Positions 21,208 to 31,508 of a stretch of DNA of 64,000 bases are shown here, in pieces. Position 1 is the stretch's first letter, and each line of letters begins with the position of its first letter. Location of the stretch: assembly GCA_030692925.1 (NCBI GenBank), contig JAUYBY010000101.1, positions 3,663-67,662 on the forward strand, given 5' to 3'. The DNA comes from Candidatus Zixiibacteriota bacterium. GTDB lineage: Bacteria; Zixibacteria; MSB-5A5; RBG-16-43-9. Made by a program: the position numbers and the translations under genes. The notes under the pieces are model-generated. The model was not told where the DNA came from, searched no databases, and saw only the letters and a list, made by a program, of their open reading frames with translations.

Positions 21208-22104
21208 TCATTGTTTTACAGTGCTTTTCCATCTGCGATGAGGCCAGAACCAGTGATCCGGATATTTTCTTACATAATCCTCCAGTAGAGAGGTGTAAGC
21301 CTGAGTCAGTTTCCTGATATCCTCCTCTTTATTACTACTCTCCTGAATATAAATTGGTTCCTCTAAAATTACCCTTTGTTTTCCGTTGTTCTTTCTGATT
21401 ATAAATGCCATAATAACCGGAGCACCGGTCTTCAGGGCAAAAGCAGCCGGTCCTTTGGGAGTTGAGGCCGGATAACCAAAAAAGTCCACCACCGCCCCGT
21501 CTCTTCCTGCGTCCTGGTCCGAGAGCATTGCCACAAACCTGTTATTTCTTAATGCTTTTATCACTCCTCTGGTTGCTACTCCCATCTTGATAATTCCTAT
21601 TCCCATCAGTTGACGGTATTTGTTCATCAGATTGTCGACCAGTAAATTGTGTTGTTCTCCGACTAAGAAATCCATGGGATAACCTTTTTGCCTTGTGGCA
21701 GCACCCATCAATTCCCAGCTTCCAAAATGCCCGGCTATCAAGACTGCACCCTTTCTATCTTTCAAAGCTTTATCAAAATTCTCCAGCCCTTCAAATTCTA
21801 CTAGCTTATCCAATCTGTTCTTCAAAACCGGGAACATCGCATATTCTACAAATCCCCTGCCGATATTCCGGTAAGCTTCCCTGGCAATTTTTTTAAATTC
21901 TTTTTCAGTATAGGTCTGACCAAAAGCTCTTTTCAGATTATCTATTGCGACTTTTCTCCTTATCCTGAGCAGACTGAAAGCTAAATCTCCTAAAAAAGAG
22001 CCGATGAAAATAGCAGCATTATAAGGAAGTATCTGGACTAAAGTCCCCACTCCCCTGGTGAAAAGATATTCAATCTGGTGCCTGATTTTCCTCATGGTAG
22101 TCAT
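21208..22104 (-). CDS. Lipid A late acyltransferase (LpxL/HtrB family)
   Basis: GHFGSWE, LSDQD, VDFFG, YPDHWFWPHRRWK. Confidence 0.9.
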   Translation of the reverse strand: MTTMRKIRHQIEYLFTRGVGTLVQILPYNAAIFIGSFLGDLAFSLLRIRRKVAIDNLKRAFGQTYTEKEFKKIAREAYRNIGRGFVEYAMFPVLKNRLDKLVEFEGLENFDKALKDRKGAVLIAGHFGSWELMGAATRQKGYPMDFLVGEQHNLLVDNLMNKYRQLMGIGIIKMGVATRGVIKALRNNRFVAMLSDQDAGRDGAVVDFFGYPASTPKGPAAFALKTGAPVIMAFIIRKNNGKQRVILEEPIYIQESSNKEEDIRKLTQAYTSLLEDYVRKYPDHWFWPHRRWKSTVKQ

Positions 22105-22993
22105 ACTTTCCTATCTTCTCCTCGTATTCCCATCTCTTCAGGGTCTTGCGGTTATAATATCTTTTCATAAAATAAAGAAACACCAGCAAAAAGGCAAGCA
22201 CCAGCCAGAATAAAATGTTGTCCCCGAAGAAGGCTAACCAGTTATACCTTTTCTTCAAGTAGTTTACAAAACCGACCTGAAAATCGATGTAGCTTTCACC
22301 CGTGGCTTTGAGGAAGGCTAAATCCAGACCTTGACCTGAGGAGAGGTAGTTCAAGAGCTTGAAAAAACTCTCTTTTCCGTATTCGTCCAGAAAATAAGAC
22401 AAAGCCAGATAGCTTTCAGTATAGGCCAGCTCTGCCTTGCTATTACTGAAACTGTTTAGATTTTCAATCTGCTGTAAAGGGATGATCGAGTTGGTGAGGA
22501 CTGCACGGACGATTAAAATGTCCTGCCCTATCCTCCATTCCCTGGATACTAACATGGCAAACCCCTCATCCATCCAGCGTGGAGGAACTGCATTGCCTGA
22601 TTTTTTATCTAAGAAAATATGAGCCAGCTCGTGTTCCAAAACCTCTGAGAAAGGGCGATTATACCTGAATTTCGCTGGGGACTTTAAAATAATCAGATTA
22701 TGTTCTGAAATCGCCGCTCCTATCCCCCAATCTGGAAAATCCGAGCCTAATTTAGATTTGAAATCATTCTCATTCTCAGCTACATAAATGGTAACCGGAT
22801 GAGTTAATGAATCTTCTATGAAATCGGAGATCTGGTTATAGGCTTTTTTAGCTGTGACTTCTATTTCCTGTTTTAATTTGGGATTTTGAACGTATATGTC
22901 AAATTGCGGGAAAGCATAGGTTGACCCTGGAATAAGAAAAATGCAGAAAAATATCCACAGCCATTTTTTGAACGAGCTCGAATCCTCTTTCAT
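22070..22993 (-). CDS. Peptidase MA-like metalloprotease with C-terminal TM
   Basis: HELAH...PRWMDEGFA...AYTES; signal peptide and C-terminal TM. Confidence 0.82.
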   Translation of the reverse strand: MKEDSSSFKKWLWIFFCIFLIPGSTYAFPQFDIYVQNPKLKQEIEVTAKKAYNQISDFIEDSLTHPVTIYVAENENDFKSKLGSDFPDWGIGAAISEHNLIILKSPAKFRYNRPFSEVLEHELAHIFLDKKSGNAVPPRWMDEGFAMLVSREWRIGQDILIVRAVLTNSIIPLQQIENLNSFSNSKAELAYTESYLALSYFLDEYGKESFFKLLNYLSSGQGLDLAFLKATGESYIDFQVGFVNYLKKRYNWLAFFGDNILFWLVLAFLLVFLYFMKRYYNRKTLKRWEYEEKIGKYDYHEENQAPD

Positions 22994-25407
22994 TTTTTGA
23001 ACAGGCCCTTCAGTAAATCCCCGGCTTTCTTCTTCAAATCCTCAGTCGCCTTATCCTTCTGCTTCTGGATTTCCTGCTGGAATTTTTTCTCTGCCCTGGC
23101 AGTGCTTATCGTAAACTTGGGACTTTTGGCATTTCCCTCTATCTTGAAATCCAGAACCATCCTTCCCTTTTCATCCTGAAAGAACTTTGTCAGATCTCCC
23201 AAATCTATACGGCTGGAAAGCTCTGGTGAAAGAACCACATTCACTGAATAATCCAAACTCCCATCCAGACCAACTGAGCCGGTTGCTTTCCAGTCTCCAC
23301 TTTGAGAAAGGGCTTCAAAATCCTCGAAATAAACTCTCCCGTTATTGACCTTAAAGGAATTTGTCAGGGTTCTTATCTTCTCTTCCTTGAACTCATTCAT
23401 CTTGAGATAGGAGGAGATTTGATTTAAAAGATCCCAGTTTACCAGCTTGCCGTCAGTAATCGTCCCAGTGCCTGAGGCAACTAAAGATTTGGTTATCTGT
23501 TCTGCACTTTGACCTTTTCCTGAGAAATCAGCAGTCATATTCAGGCTCCCGAAGAGATGGTCTTTGAAAAGGGCAAATCTGGACAAAAAGTTGTTAGCTT
23601 CGATCTTGCTCGCGCTGACCTTTATGTCGAATTTAGGGTCATTCGCATCAGTCAAATCATAAGTGGCATTCCCGCCTACCAGACCATTGTAAACGTTAGC
23701 CGCAACGTTCTGGACTTTTACGACTCTGTTCTTAATCTCTAAATTCGCCACCAGATTTTCAAGCTCGACCTGTCTGAAGATTAATTTCTTGACTTCTACC
23801 TGTCCTGAAGCATCAATATCCGGAAAAGGAGGTGCAGTTTTCACTGGCTGTTTTTCCTTTGGTTTGACCTTCTGCTCGACCGGCATTATCTCATCCAGGT
23901 CTACGAATGGCGAGTTCAATTTGAAGCTTAAGAAAGGTTTCTTCGGAACTCCTTTTACCGGGATGAGTGACTGAACTGCATTCTCAACTTTTCCATTAAG
24001 ACTCAAAGATGATTTCCCCAGACTCAGGCTCAGATTCTCGATGTTCAAAACCCCTTTGGAAAGTGAAATATCACTGTTGAGATTTTTCACCGGAACCGTG
24101 AGATTGGGAGAGGAAATCTCCACGTTCCTTAAATTGAAATTTCCGGAAAGGTCTAACTGGTCCACTTTTTTGAGCTTACCAAAGGCTTTAGCATCGATGT
24201 CGACTGAACCTGAGAGGTTTGTTCCTTCTGGCAACTTTTGCACTTCTTTCACGATTGCCAGATCGAATTTAGTTTTAAGCTCGGAGGTTAGATTCGGATC
24301 TGAGTAATTATCAATCACTGCCTTGAGTTCTAATGGAGTATCCCCTAATTTCGCATCCTGAGTGATGACGCTTAATCCCTGGTTATCAAAATCGATCTGG
24401 CCAGAAGGCAGGATGAAAGGCTGCGGGACTCTGGCAAAATCGACCCTCACATCCTTAAGAGCCACCTGACCTTTAAAGTTCGGCAAAGTTTTACCTTTAA
24501 GCTCACCTTTTAGCGAAGCAGTTACCCTCATTTTGCCGGCCCCTTTTAGCTGTGACAGAGGTGAGTTCTTATCTGCAGGAATAGAGGACAACAGGTCCTG
24601 GATCGATATATCCTTTGAGTTGAGAACCAAATCAGCTTGCGGAGTTGTTTTCAGGTCTCTTACCACGCCTTTTATCTCCAAGGATATTTTGGCCAGATCA
24701 ATTTTGATCTGTTCGACATTCAGGGAGTCACCAGGAAAGTTGAAGCTCACTTTGTGCTGGAGCATGAAAGAAAGTTCCGGGAGTTTGCTTTTGAACCCCG
24801 GTAGTTTCAGGTCAATTTTCTGGATGGAAAGTTTTCCTTCAGACCTTCCGTTCTCATACTTTTGATCCATCACCAGCTTCCCTTTTTGCTCTATTCCTCC
24901 TAAGAAGATTCTGCTGCCGTTGGACAGGTCGTCATAAGTAAAACTCCCGTTTTTTATCTGCATGTTCTCAAAAAGGATTAAAGGCAGCGGACCACCACCG
25001 CTTTTCATCAAATCAGCAATACTCAGAACCCCCTCCCTGTTTTTCTCGACGAAAATCTCCGGCTGATCCAGGATTATCTTTCTTACCTCAATCCTTTTCT
25101 TCAATAAGGGCCAGAATTTTACCCGGACGGAGAAGTTTTTGATTTTGAAAAGGTCCTTCTGCTCGTATCCCGGCAGGTTTGAAATCTCAAGCCCTTTAAT
25201 ATCCACTCCCAAACCCTTGAAGATCGAAGGAGAGATGTCTTCGATTGACACCTTGCGGTTTAAAGCTTTTTCCACCTGCGGCTGAACCATAGCTATGAGT
25301 TTTTCTTTGGTGAAGATAAGTTTCACCACCAAGGAGGTGATTATCAAAACAGCTATGATGATAGCCATAATCCAGATAAGAATTTTCCAGCCTTTTTTGA
25401 TTTTCAT
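22990..25407 (-). CDS. AsmA family protein
   Basis: N-terminal TM, chorein-like start (LNRKVSI), repeated beta-groove segments, GSVGLDGSLDY near the C-terminus. Confidence 0.85.
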   Translation of the reverse strand: MKIKKGWKILIWIMAIIIAVLIITSLVVKLIFTKEKLIAMVQPQVEKALNRKVSIEDISPSIFKGLGVDIKGLEISNLPGYEQKDLFKIKNFSVRVKFWPLLKKRIEVRKIILDQPEIFVEKNREGVLSIADLMKSGGGPLPLILFENMQIKNGSFTYDDLSNGSRIFLGGIEQKGKLVMDQKYENGRSEGKLSIQKIDLKLPGFKSKLPELSFMLQHKVSFNFPGDSLNVEQIKIDLAKISLEIKGVVRDLKTTPQADLVLNSKDISIQDLLSSIPADKNSPLSQLKGAGKMRVTASLKGELKGKTLPNFKGQVALKDVRVDFARVPQPFILPSGQIDFDNQGLSVITQDAKLGDTPLELKAVIDNYSDPNLTSELKTKFDLAIVKEVQKLPEGTNLSGSVDIDAKAFGKLKKVDQLDLSGNFNLRNVEISSPNLTVPVKNLNSDISLSKGVLNIENLSLSLGKSSLSLNGKVENAVQSLIPVKGVPKKPFLSFKLNSPFVDLDEIMPVEQKVKPKEKQPVKTAPPFPDIDASGQVEVKKLIFRQVELENLVANLEIKNRVVKVQNVAANVYNGLVGGNATYDLTDANDPKFDIKVSASKIEANNFLSRFALFKDHLFGSLNMTADFSGKGQSAEQITKSLVASGTGTITDGKLVNWDLLNQISSYLKMNEFKEEKIRTLTNSFKVNNGRVYFEDFEALSQSGDWKATGSVGLDGSLDYSVNVVLSPELSSRIDLGDLTKFFQDEKGRMVLDFKIEGNAKSPKFTISTARAEKKFQQEIQKQKDKATEDLKKKAGDLLKGLFKK

Positions 25408-25785
25408 CTTATACCTCTTTTTTTATTCTTCACGTCATTGCGAGGAGTCCATTTGGACGACGAAGCCCATCTGGGCTTTGTCTCGCCTACGGCGGACTCG
25501 CAATGACAGAACAACTTGTTTTTCAAGGCTGAAGCCTTGCCCTATGGACTTTTTTACCAGGTGGGTCAGGCATCCTGCCTGACCAGAACAGACAAGATGT
25601 CTGTTCCACCATTTTTTGCTCCGCAATTTGCGGAGCCCTACGATTTTCTCGAACCCTTGAACCCTTTAATCCTTGAATCCTCTCTTATAGCTCGCGTAGG
25701 GGCGGAGTTCATCTCCGCCCCAAGTAGACAGGTGGAGTCAAGCTCCACCCCTACGCAACTTGAACCCTTCTATCCTTGAATCCTA

Positions 25786-26508
25786 TTACAGATTATAACC
25801 CTCTCCTATCTTAAGTATTTTCACTTTGCTCTTAGAACCTTCAAGTTTTTTAGCAAAAACCTTCGGGTCCTGTTTGATAACGTCAAAAGTATCAAAATGC
25901 ATTGGAATGACCAGCTTGGGTTTCAAAAATTCCACTGCTTTTACTGCATCCTCAACTCCCATCGTAAAGTTGTCCCCGATCGGAATTAAGGCAACATCCA
26001 GCTTATTCAATTGACCGATCAATTTCATATCCGAGAAAAGCCCGGTGTCTCCTGAATGATATACATTCTTTCCACCGAAATTGACCACAAATCCGCACGG
26101 GTTGCCAGTGTAGGTTATCTGCTCGTCAACTACGGCCGAACCATGATGGGCAATGGTCAGTTTGACTCTGCCGAAATCGAAGTTGTAGCTTCCTCCTATA
26201 TGCATCGGATGCACGTTAGCCCCTTTTTTCTGACAGTACATCGCCAACTCAAACGGAGCAATGATCAGGGCATTGTTGCTTTTAGATATGCTGATAGCAT
26301 CACCCAGGTGGTCCCCATGCCCATGCGATACAAGCACAGCCTCGACCTTTATATCCTCCGGGCTTCTTTTAGCTAATGGATTCCCGGAAAGAAACGGGTC
26401 GAAAATTATCTTATGTTTTTCATTTTCTAAGGTAAAACAAGCGTGCCCTAAATAAGTCAGTTTTGGTATATATCCTCCATTTTTTATACAAGTTTTTCTT
26501 CCTTTCAA
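25786..26508 (-). CDS. Metallo-beta-lactamase-fold hydrolase (UPF0173-like)
   Basis: YLGHAC, DPFL, SHGHGDHLGD, YHSGDT, LIPIG, IPMHF; true start uncertain. Confidence 0.9.
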   Translation of the reverse strand: MKGRKTCIKNGGYIPKLTYLGHACFTLENEKHKIIFDPFLSGNPLAKRSPEDIKVEAVLVSHGHGDHLGDAISISKSNNALIIAPFELAMYCQKKGANVHPMHIGGSYNFDFGRVKLTIAHHGSAVVDEQITYTGNPCGFVVNFGGKNVYHSGDTGLFSDMKLIGQLNKLDVALIPIGDNFTMGVEDAVKAVEFLKPKLVIPMHFDTFDVIKQDPKVFAKKLEGSKSKVKILKIGEGYNL

Positions 26509-26760
26509 TTTAAAGACTCACTTTCCTTTGTCAAGGAAAAAGACCAGGAAGAGGCGACCCTGAAATGCGTCTTGAAAAAGCTCACCCTGTCATTCTGAGG
26601 GAGTCCCCTATGGGACGACCGAAGAATCTGCTTTTACAATCTGAGATTCTTCGCCCCCTGCGGGGTCTCAGAATGACGTAAGTCTTCAACGTTCTTTTTT
26701 GTAAAATCAGTTGACTCTTTTTCCCTGAGATTTATATTGTTATTCACTGGTAAATGAAAA

Positions 26761-27234
26761 ATGGCAGATAATCAAGATGAAAAATGGATGAGGGTGGCTT
26801 TGCAGGAGGCAAACTTAGCCCTCAAGAAAAAAGAGGTGCCAGTCGGCGCGGTGGTGGTTTATCAGGACAAGGTCATTGGCAGAGGACATAACCAAACCGA
26901 AACGCTGAACGATCCCACTGCTCATGCCGAAATCTTAGCTATTGGAGCAGCAGCCAATTATTTGAACTCCTGGCGACTTTCAGAAGCAGTCTTATACGTG
27001 ACCCTGGAACCTTGTGCAATGTGTGCCGGAGCAATAGTGCTGGCAAGAATGAAAAAGTTAGTCTTCGGAGCTTTTGACCCTAAAGCCGGAGCGTGCGGTT
27101 CACTCTATAATCTTGTCCAGGACAAAAGACTCAACCATCAGGTTGAGGTCACACCTGATGTTTTAAAAGAGGATTGTTCATCATTACTTCAGACTTTTTT
27201 CAAAGAGCTAAGAGAGGTCAGGAATGAGTCATAG
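26761..27234 (+). CDS. tadA: tRNA adenosine(34) deaminase
   Basis: EVPVGAV, DPTAHAE, TLEPCAMCAGA, DPKAGA, LNH. Confidence 0.95.
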   Translation: MADNQDEKWMRVALQEANLALKKKEVPVGAVVVYQDKVIGRGHNQTETLNDPTAHAEILAIGAAANYLNSWRLSEAVLYVTLEPCAMCAGAIVLARMKKLVFGAFDPKAGACGSLYNLVQDKRLNHQVEVTPDVLKEDCSSLLQTFFKELREVRNES

Positions 27235-27706
27235 CTGGAATGAATCTCTTGAAAAGATGCATACGAAGATTCTACAATTAGGGATGGTCCTGGACATCTT
27301 TTTACCAGTTGTCATATTCTTTTCAGCCATTTATCTCCGGGATAGATTCGTTTCCATAAAGAGTCCGATGGATCTAAACATGATATTCTATGTTTTACTT
27401 GCCCTTAGCGCAGCAGAAGCTATAACTATATTTATCCTTAAAACTAAATCCTGGAGACCTTATATTAAGAGAAAATTCCAGGAAAATCCTCAGCTCACAA
27501 TAGAAAAGGGTCTCTTTGGATTCGGAACAATTATCTATGGGCTTTGTTTTTCGCCCACGATCTACGGACTGGTCTATTATATCTTAGGCGGAACCTGGGA
27601 GCATTTTGCTCTGTTCGTGGCGATAACTTTTCTCTTTTTTCAGTTGTTCAAACCCAAAATGGAGGAACTTGAAAAGTTGAATAAAGAATTTAACACGAGC
27701 GATTAA
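27224..27706 (+). CDS. Hypothetical 4-TM membrane protein
   Basis: Four hydrophobic segments; overlaps the tadA stop. Confidence 0.7.
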   Translation: MSHSWNESLEKMHTKILQLGMVLDIFLPVVIFFSAIYLRDRFVSIKSPMDLNMIFYVLLALSAAEAITIFILKTKSWRPYIKRKFQENPQLTIEKGLFGFGTIIYGLCFSPTIYGLVYYILGGTWEHFALFVAITFLFFQLFKPKMEELEKLNKEFNTSD

Positions 27707-27780
27707 TGTTTTTGATTTGATTTTGTTGTTTTTTTGTTCTTTTACAAACTCCAAACTCACAAACGAACAAACTGTATTCC

Positions 27781-27878
<98 letters not shown>

Positions 27879-27888
27879 AAGATTTTAC

Positions 27889-27917
27889 TTGACAAGAAGT
27901 TATAAGATAGCTATATT
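27889..27917 (+). promoter_or_regulatory. sigma70-type promoter of the integrase
   Basis: TTGACA-17 bp-TATATT, 41 bp upstream of the integrase ATG. Confidence 0.75.
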
Positions 27918-27920
27918 AGG

Positions 27921-27939
27921 TTGTGCCAGATTTGTGCCA
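27921..27939 (+). repeat. TTGTGCCA doublet, putative integrase arm-type or operator site
   Basis: TTGTGCCA-GAT-TTGTGCCA with 11-bp period; the same doublet occurs near 63070 and, inverted, near 63403-63418. Confidence 0.6.
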
Positions 27940-27958
27940 CAATTTTTGAGGCTATCTT

Positions 27959-29074
27959 ATGGGAAGAATATATCAGAGAGGCGACATTTACTACATTGAC
28001 TATTCTGTCAATGGCCTCAGGATAAGGAAGAAAATAAGCAAATCCAAGCGGGTTGCTGAGCTTGCGCTGAAGGATGTTGAAGTAAAACTCGCCAAAGGTG
28101 AAATAGGGATAGTGGAAAATGATTACGCTATCCCTGATTTTTTTCAGGAATATCTGGTCTTCTCTAAGACCAACCATTCAGATAAAACCTTTTTGAGATA
28201 CCGAGTCATAATAGATCATTTCCTTCACTTCTTGGAGAGACATCCTCGGATACACCATCTCTCAGATTTAAACCCTAAGCTGTTTGAAGACTACAAGACC
28301 TGGAGGAGAACCAAACACGTTATGCCCAATGGACAGCCTGTGTTTGAAGGAGAACCAGTGCCAAAAACAGCCAGACTTGGTGCCAAGGCAAACACCATCA
28401 ATATGGAGTTGGGGACCCTGCGGACCATCATGAATCAGGCAATCAAATGGGGATACCTGAAGGAAAACCCCACCAGAGGTGTAAGTATGCTCAAGGTCAA
28501 TGATTCCAAAAAGCCCAGGTTTCTAACCGAGCAGGAGTGCAAGAAGCTTCTGGACGAGTGTGGTGCGGAGCTTCATCCTATATTTTACACCTTCCTCAAT
28601 ACCGGGATGAGATTGTCTGAGCTGATAAACTTGACCTGGGATGACATAGATTTCATGAGGAAGAAGATAAAGATCCAGACAAAATCCTTCTGGCATCCGA
28701 AGACTGGTGAGCGGGAAATACCTATGAACAAGGGGATGGAGGAGCTTTTAACCGGTCTGCAGAAAAGGAAGAAGAAAGCCAGCCAGTTTGTGTTTCATCT
28801 CAAGAACGGTCCAAAGATCCCGGATAACTATCTAAGGAAGAAGTTGATTGTCATTGCCAAAAGATGTGGCTTTTCCGATGTAACCAAGATTCACTCTTTA
28901 AGACACACCTTTGCCAGTCATCTGATAATGAAAGGGGTTGACCTTCCCACCGTTCAAAAGCTAATGGGTCACTCTGATATTCAAACCACTATGATCTATT
29001 CACACTTATCACCTGACCATCTCGTAGCTGCGGTTGATAAGCTTTCTTTCTTATCCGGTGATGAAGAAGATTAG
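27959..29074 (+). CDS. Tyrosine integrase
   Basis: N-terminal arm-binding-like beta region, TGMRLSE, PKTG, HSLRHTFASHL, MGHSDIQTTMIY. Confidence 0.95.
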   Translation: MGRIYQRGDIYYIDYSVNGLRIRKKISKSKRVAELALKDVEVKLAKGEIGIVENDYAIPDFFQEYLVFSKTNHSDKTFLRYRVIIDHFLHFLERHPRIHHLSDLNPKLFEDYKTWRRTKHVMPNGQPVFEGEPVPKTARLGAKANTINMELGTLRTIMNQAIKWGYLKENPTRGVSMLKVNDSKKPRFLTEQECKKLLDECGAELHPIFYTFLNTGMRLSELINLTWDDIDFMRKKIKIQTKSFWHPKTGEREIPMNKGMEELLTGLQKRKKKASQFVFHLKNGPKIPDNYLRKKLIVIAKRCGFSDVTKIHSLRHTFASHLIMKGVDLPTVQKLMGHSDIQTTMIYSHLSPDHLVAAVDKLSFLSGDEED

Positions 29075-29267
29075 AGGATATATCTTTCACAGTTCTTGCC
29101 TTAACTTCCTTTTCAGACAGCCATTTTAGAATAGTCTCTCGGTTAAAACGCACATGCCTACCTATCTTTATATGCGGGATATATTCAATATGCGTCCAGT
29201 AATAGATAGTAGATACTGGAACTGACAGCAGTTGGTTTAATTCCTGTGGAGTTAAAAGCTTTTCCAT
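28989..29267 (-). CDS. Excisionase-type HTH DNA-binding protein
   Basis: LLTPQEL...VPVSTIYYW...IPHIKIGRHVRF. Confidence 0.85.
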   Translation of the reverse strand: MEKLLTPQELNQLLSVPVSTIYYWTHIEYIPHIKIGRHVRFNRETILKWLSEKEVKARTVKDISSNLLHHRIRKKAYQPQLRDGQVISVNRS

Positions 29268-29332
29268 ATTTATGATCTTATCTTCAAGCCTTGGTTGACC
29301 AAGGCATAACTCGATTCATATTCTTAAGTTGT

Positions 29333-29560
29333 TCACTTTTCTTTAGATAATTTCTCAATCTCTTTTCTATTGAACATCACTTTTCTGCTTCCAAGCTTTA
29401 CTAAGGGAACTCGTTTCTGAGATACCCAACTGTCGATGGTATAAATACTGATATTAAGGTGCTCAGCTAGCTGTCGTTTATTAAAAAATCGACATCCTGG
29501 TTTTACCGTAGTTGCCTCATTTGAAGGGTATCTCATTCTGTCCTCAATCCTGTTCGCCAC
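29333..29560 (-). CDS. Second excisionase-type HTH protein
   Basis: QLAEHLNISIYTIDSWVSQKRVPLVKLG..VMF. Confidence 0.82.
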   Translation of the reverse strand: MANRIEDRMRYPSNEATTVKPGCRFFNKRQLAEHLNISIYTIDSWVSQKRVPLVKLGSRKVMFNRKEIEKLSKEK

Positions 29561-29633
29561 ATCAATTCAAATATGGTATTGTCAACCATCACGTCCAAGA
29601 TCGTTATTGCTGTGCTTCCGCCAATTCGATTTT

Positions 29634-29912
29634 TCACGAACTCAGCTCCAGATTTTTTGACTTTGTCTTCATCTCAATCAACTTATCATCCTTACCATTT
29701 TCTTTCGAAAAAACCTTGCTGAGTTCATCTTTTCTGTGAAAGCTTGCCCTTTTATTGCCAATCCCTGACCTCCTCGGGTTATGACCGAACCGGTAAGGAA
29801 AAAGAGAACAATCTGTGTCCTCGCACTTTCTCACTTCAGCACAGGAATTGTTACAGCAATCAAGGCACTTTTCCCGGATGGCTTTTAATGGTGGCAGTTC
29901 TTTATTATTCAT
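29634..29912 (-). CDS. Cys-rich mobile-element hypothetical protein
   Basis: LKAIREKCLDCC...EVRKC...CSLFPYRFG; AGGAGG RBS before ATG 29912. Confidence 0.7.
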   Translation of the reverse strand: MNNKELPPLKAIREKCLDCCNNSCAEVRKCEDTDCSLFPYRFGHNPRRSGIGNKRASFHRKDELSKVFSKENGKDDKLIEMKTKSKNLELSS

Positions 29913-29990
29913 TTTTCCTCCTAGGATATGTCTGTTTCTGTCCAAGAATGACCTTCACGCGGAAGATGTTCTTGTAACAAACCAATTGAG

Positions 29991-31508
29991 CTATGTCCTG
30001 CCACATAGCTCAGACTTCTGGCTAATCCAGCTCCCTTCCTTCTTTTCTGATCTCTCCAGTAGTAGAAGCCCCTCATTCAGGGAAGCCACTTTGACCGGGT
30101 CATTTTCATCAAATTGAAAATGTACCCAATACTCCGCACAATGGTTGCTATCTGGATGAGCTTTCTTTTTCAGTGACAAAAGCCCCAAGGCTTCAATCTT
30201 TCTTCTCATTATCTGTGGATTTGCTTTATCAAAGCCAACTAGTTGCTGAAAGGTTTTCTTTGGGATTGCGCAGTAGAGATCTTTCTGCGATCCTTGACTA
30301 CTTCTTAAATAGTCAGTCCCTGACATATAAGAGTTACTAGGTTTGTTGGTTTTACCTTCTCCATTAAAATCAGCAATATGTTTACCCTTTTTCATACAAT
30401 GTTTAAGTAAGGAAAACATTGCTTGTCTAAGCTTCGAGTCAACGGTCAACAAAACGATTTTCCGAACATCACCTAAGGATAGTTTCTTTTCCGCAAAGAC
30501 ACTTCCGGTTCCGATAAACTTGGCTTTTTTTTCATCAATGCTCGTGACTATCTTCTTGATCTGAGCGAGTACCTCATCAATCCTTCCTGCATTCATCCTG
30601 TTAGACAGCCCATTGTGCTTTTCCCTGATCCACATTATTAGTGTTCCTTCAGTCTCCTCCTCTGAACGACCCTGTCTTATTCGCATATCCCAGCTCAACT
30701 TCATAAATGCCTCATAGGTTGATATCTCGGGATAGAGCCCTTCATCATACAGGCGACTCACAATCTGTTTATAATCACGCGGTCTCTGAGTGCCCCCAAT
30801 CGACGTTTGGTTCAAGGCTTGAATCTTAAACGGTATTTCTATTTTGTGCTTTTTGAAAATGTCGTAGGCTTTGGAAATGGTCTGTTTCAGGGTAAGATTA
30901 GTCCGGGGCTTCAGGGTCAAAGGGTGAACTATGTAGCTGCCAGAGCCAAAGGGAAGTCTATCTCCACTTTTTTTAGCCAGAATCTCGATTTCTCCCGGTT
31001 TCACGTTCACATCTTTTTCCGAAAGAAGGTCTTTGCACCGTTGGTATAGTAATTCACGTGACACTGGATTGGAAAGGAAGTAGCACAACCTGATACCGCC
31101 CGACGACGAGCTCTGATACATCAAAGGCTTTCCCTCGATCGCCTTCCTCACCTTCTTGATCCTGGATCTAAGGTTTGCTTTTGCCTCGTGATCGTGTCTG
31201 TCGATGTCGATCATCATATAATCAAGTTTCTCGCCAGGGAAAAGACCGATGGTCCGTTCGCCGGTAAGATGTCTTAGGACTTCACGTTTACGCCAAGGGT
31301 GCTTTATTTCTACCCAACTGTCTTTAGTCTTCTGAATGTAATGAGATGCCTCTCGATACCTCAGGAATATCTCTTCATACTTCCGGTAATCTGACTCATC
31401 GATACCTAGCAAATACAGTCTTTGCTCAAAGGGCAGTCTTTTACCTATCAAGGCAGGTGCTGACATATGCACTTGTTTTAAGCTGCTCATACCATTCATG
31501 CAGAACAA
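29991..31508 (-). CDS. AEP-superfamily primase-like replication protein
   Basis: YMMIDID (motif I), SSSSGGIRLCY (motif II-like), RLPFG; occupies the rep position of an int-xis-rep core. Confidence 0.65.
   Translation of the reverse strand: MFCMNGMSSLKQVHMSAPALIGKRLPFEQRLYLLGIDESDYRKYEEIFLRYREASHYIQKTKDSWVEIKHPWRKREVLRHLTGERTIGLFPGEKLDYMMIDIDRHDHEAKANLRSRIKKVRKAIEGKPLMYQSSSSGGIRLCYFLSNPVSRELLYQRCKDLLSEKDVNVKPGEIEILAKKSGDRLPFGSGSYIVHPLTLKPRTNLTLKQTISKAYDIFKKHKIEIPFKIQALNQTSIGGTQRPRDYKQIVSRLYDEGLYPEISTYEAFMKLSWDMRIRQGRSEEETEGTLIMWIREKHNGLSNRMNAGRIDEVLAQIKKIVTSIDEKKAKFIGTGSVFAEKKLSLGDVRKIVLLTVDSKLRQAMFSLLKHCMKKGKHIADFNGEGKTNKPSNSYMSGTDYLRSSQGSQKDLYCAIPKKTFQQLVGFDKANPQIMRRKIEALGLLSLKKKAHPDSNHCAEYWVHFQFDENDPVKVASLNEGLLLLERSEKKEGSWISQKSELCGRT

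Noticed and set aside
24-27000. Numerous short antisense or alternate-frame ORFs in the track overlapping backbone genes
   Set aside because: They lie within well-supported genes and have no motifs or RBS support.
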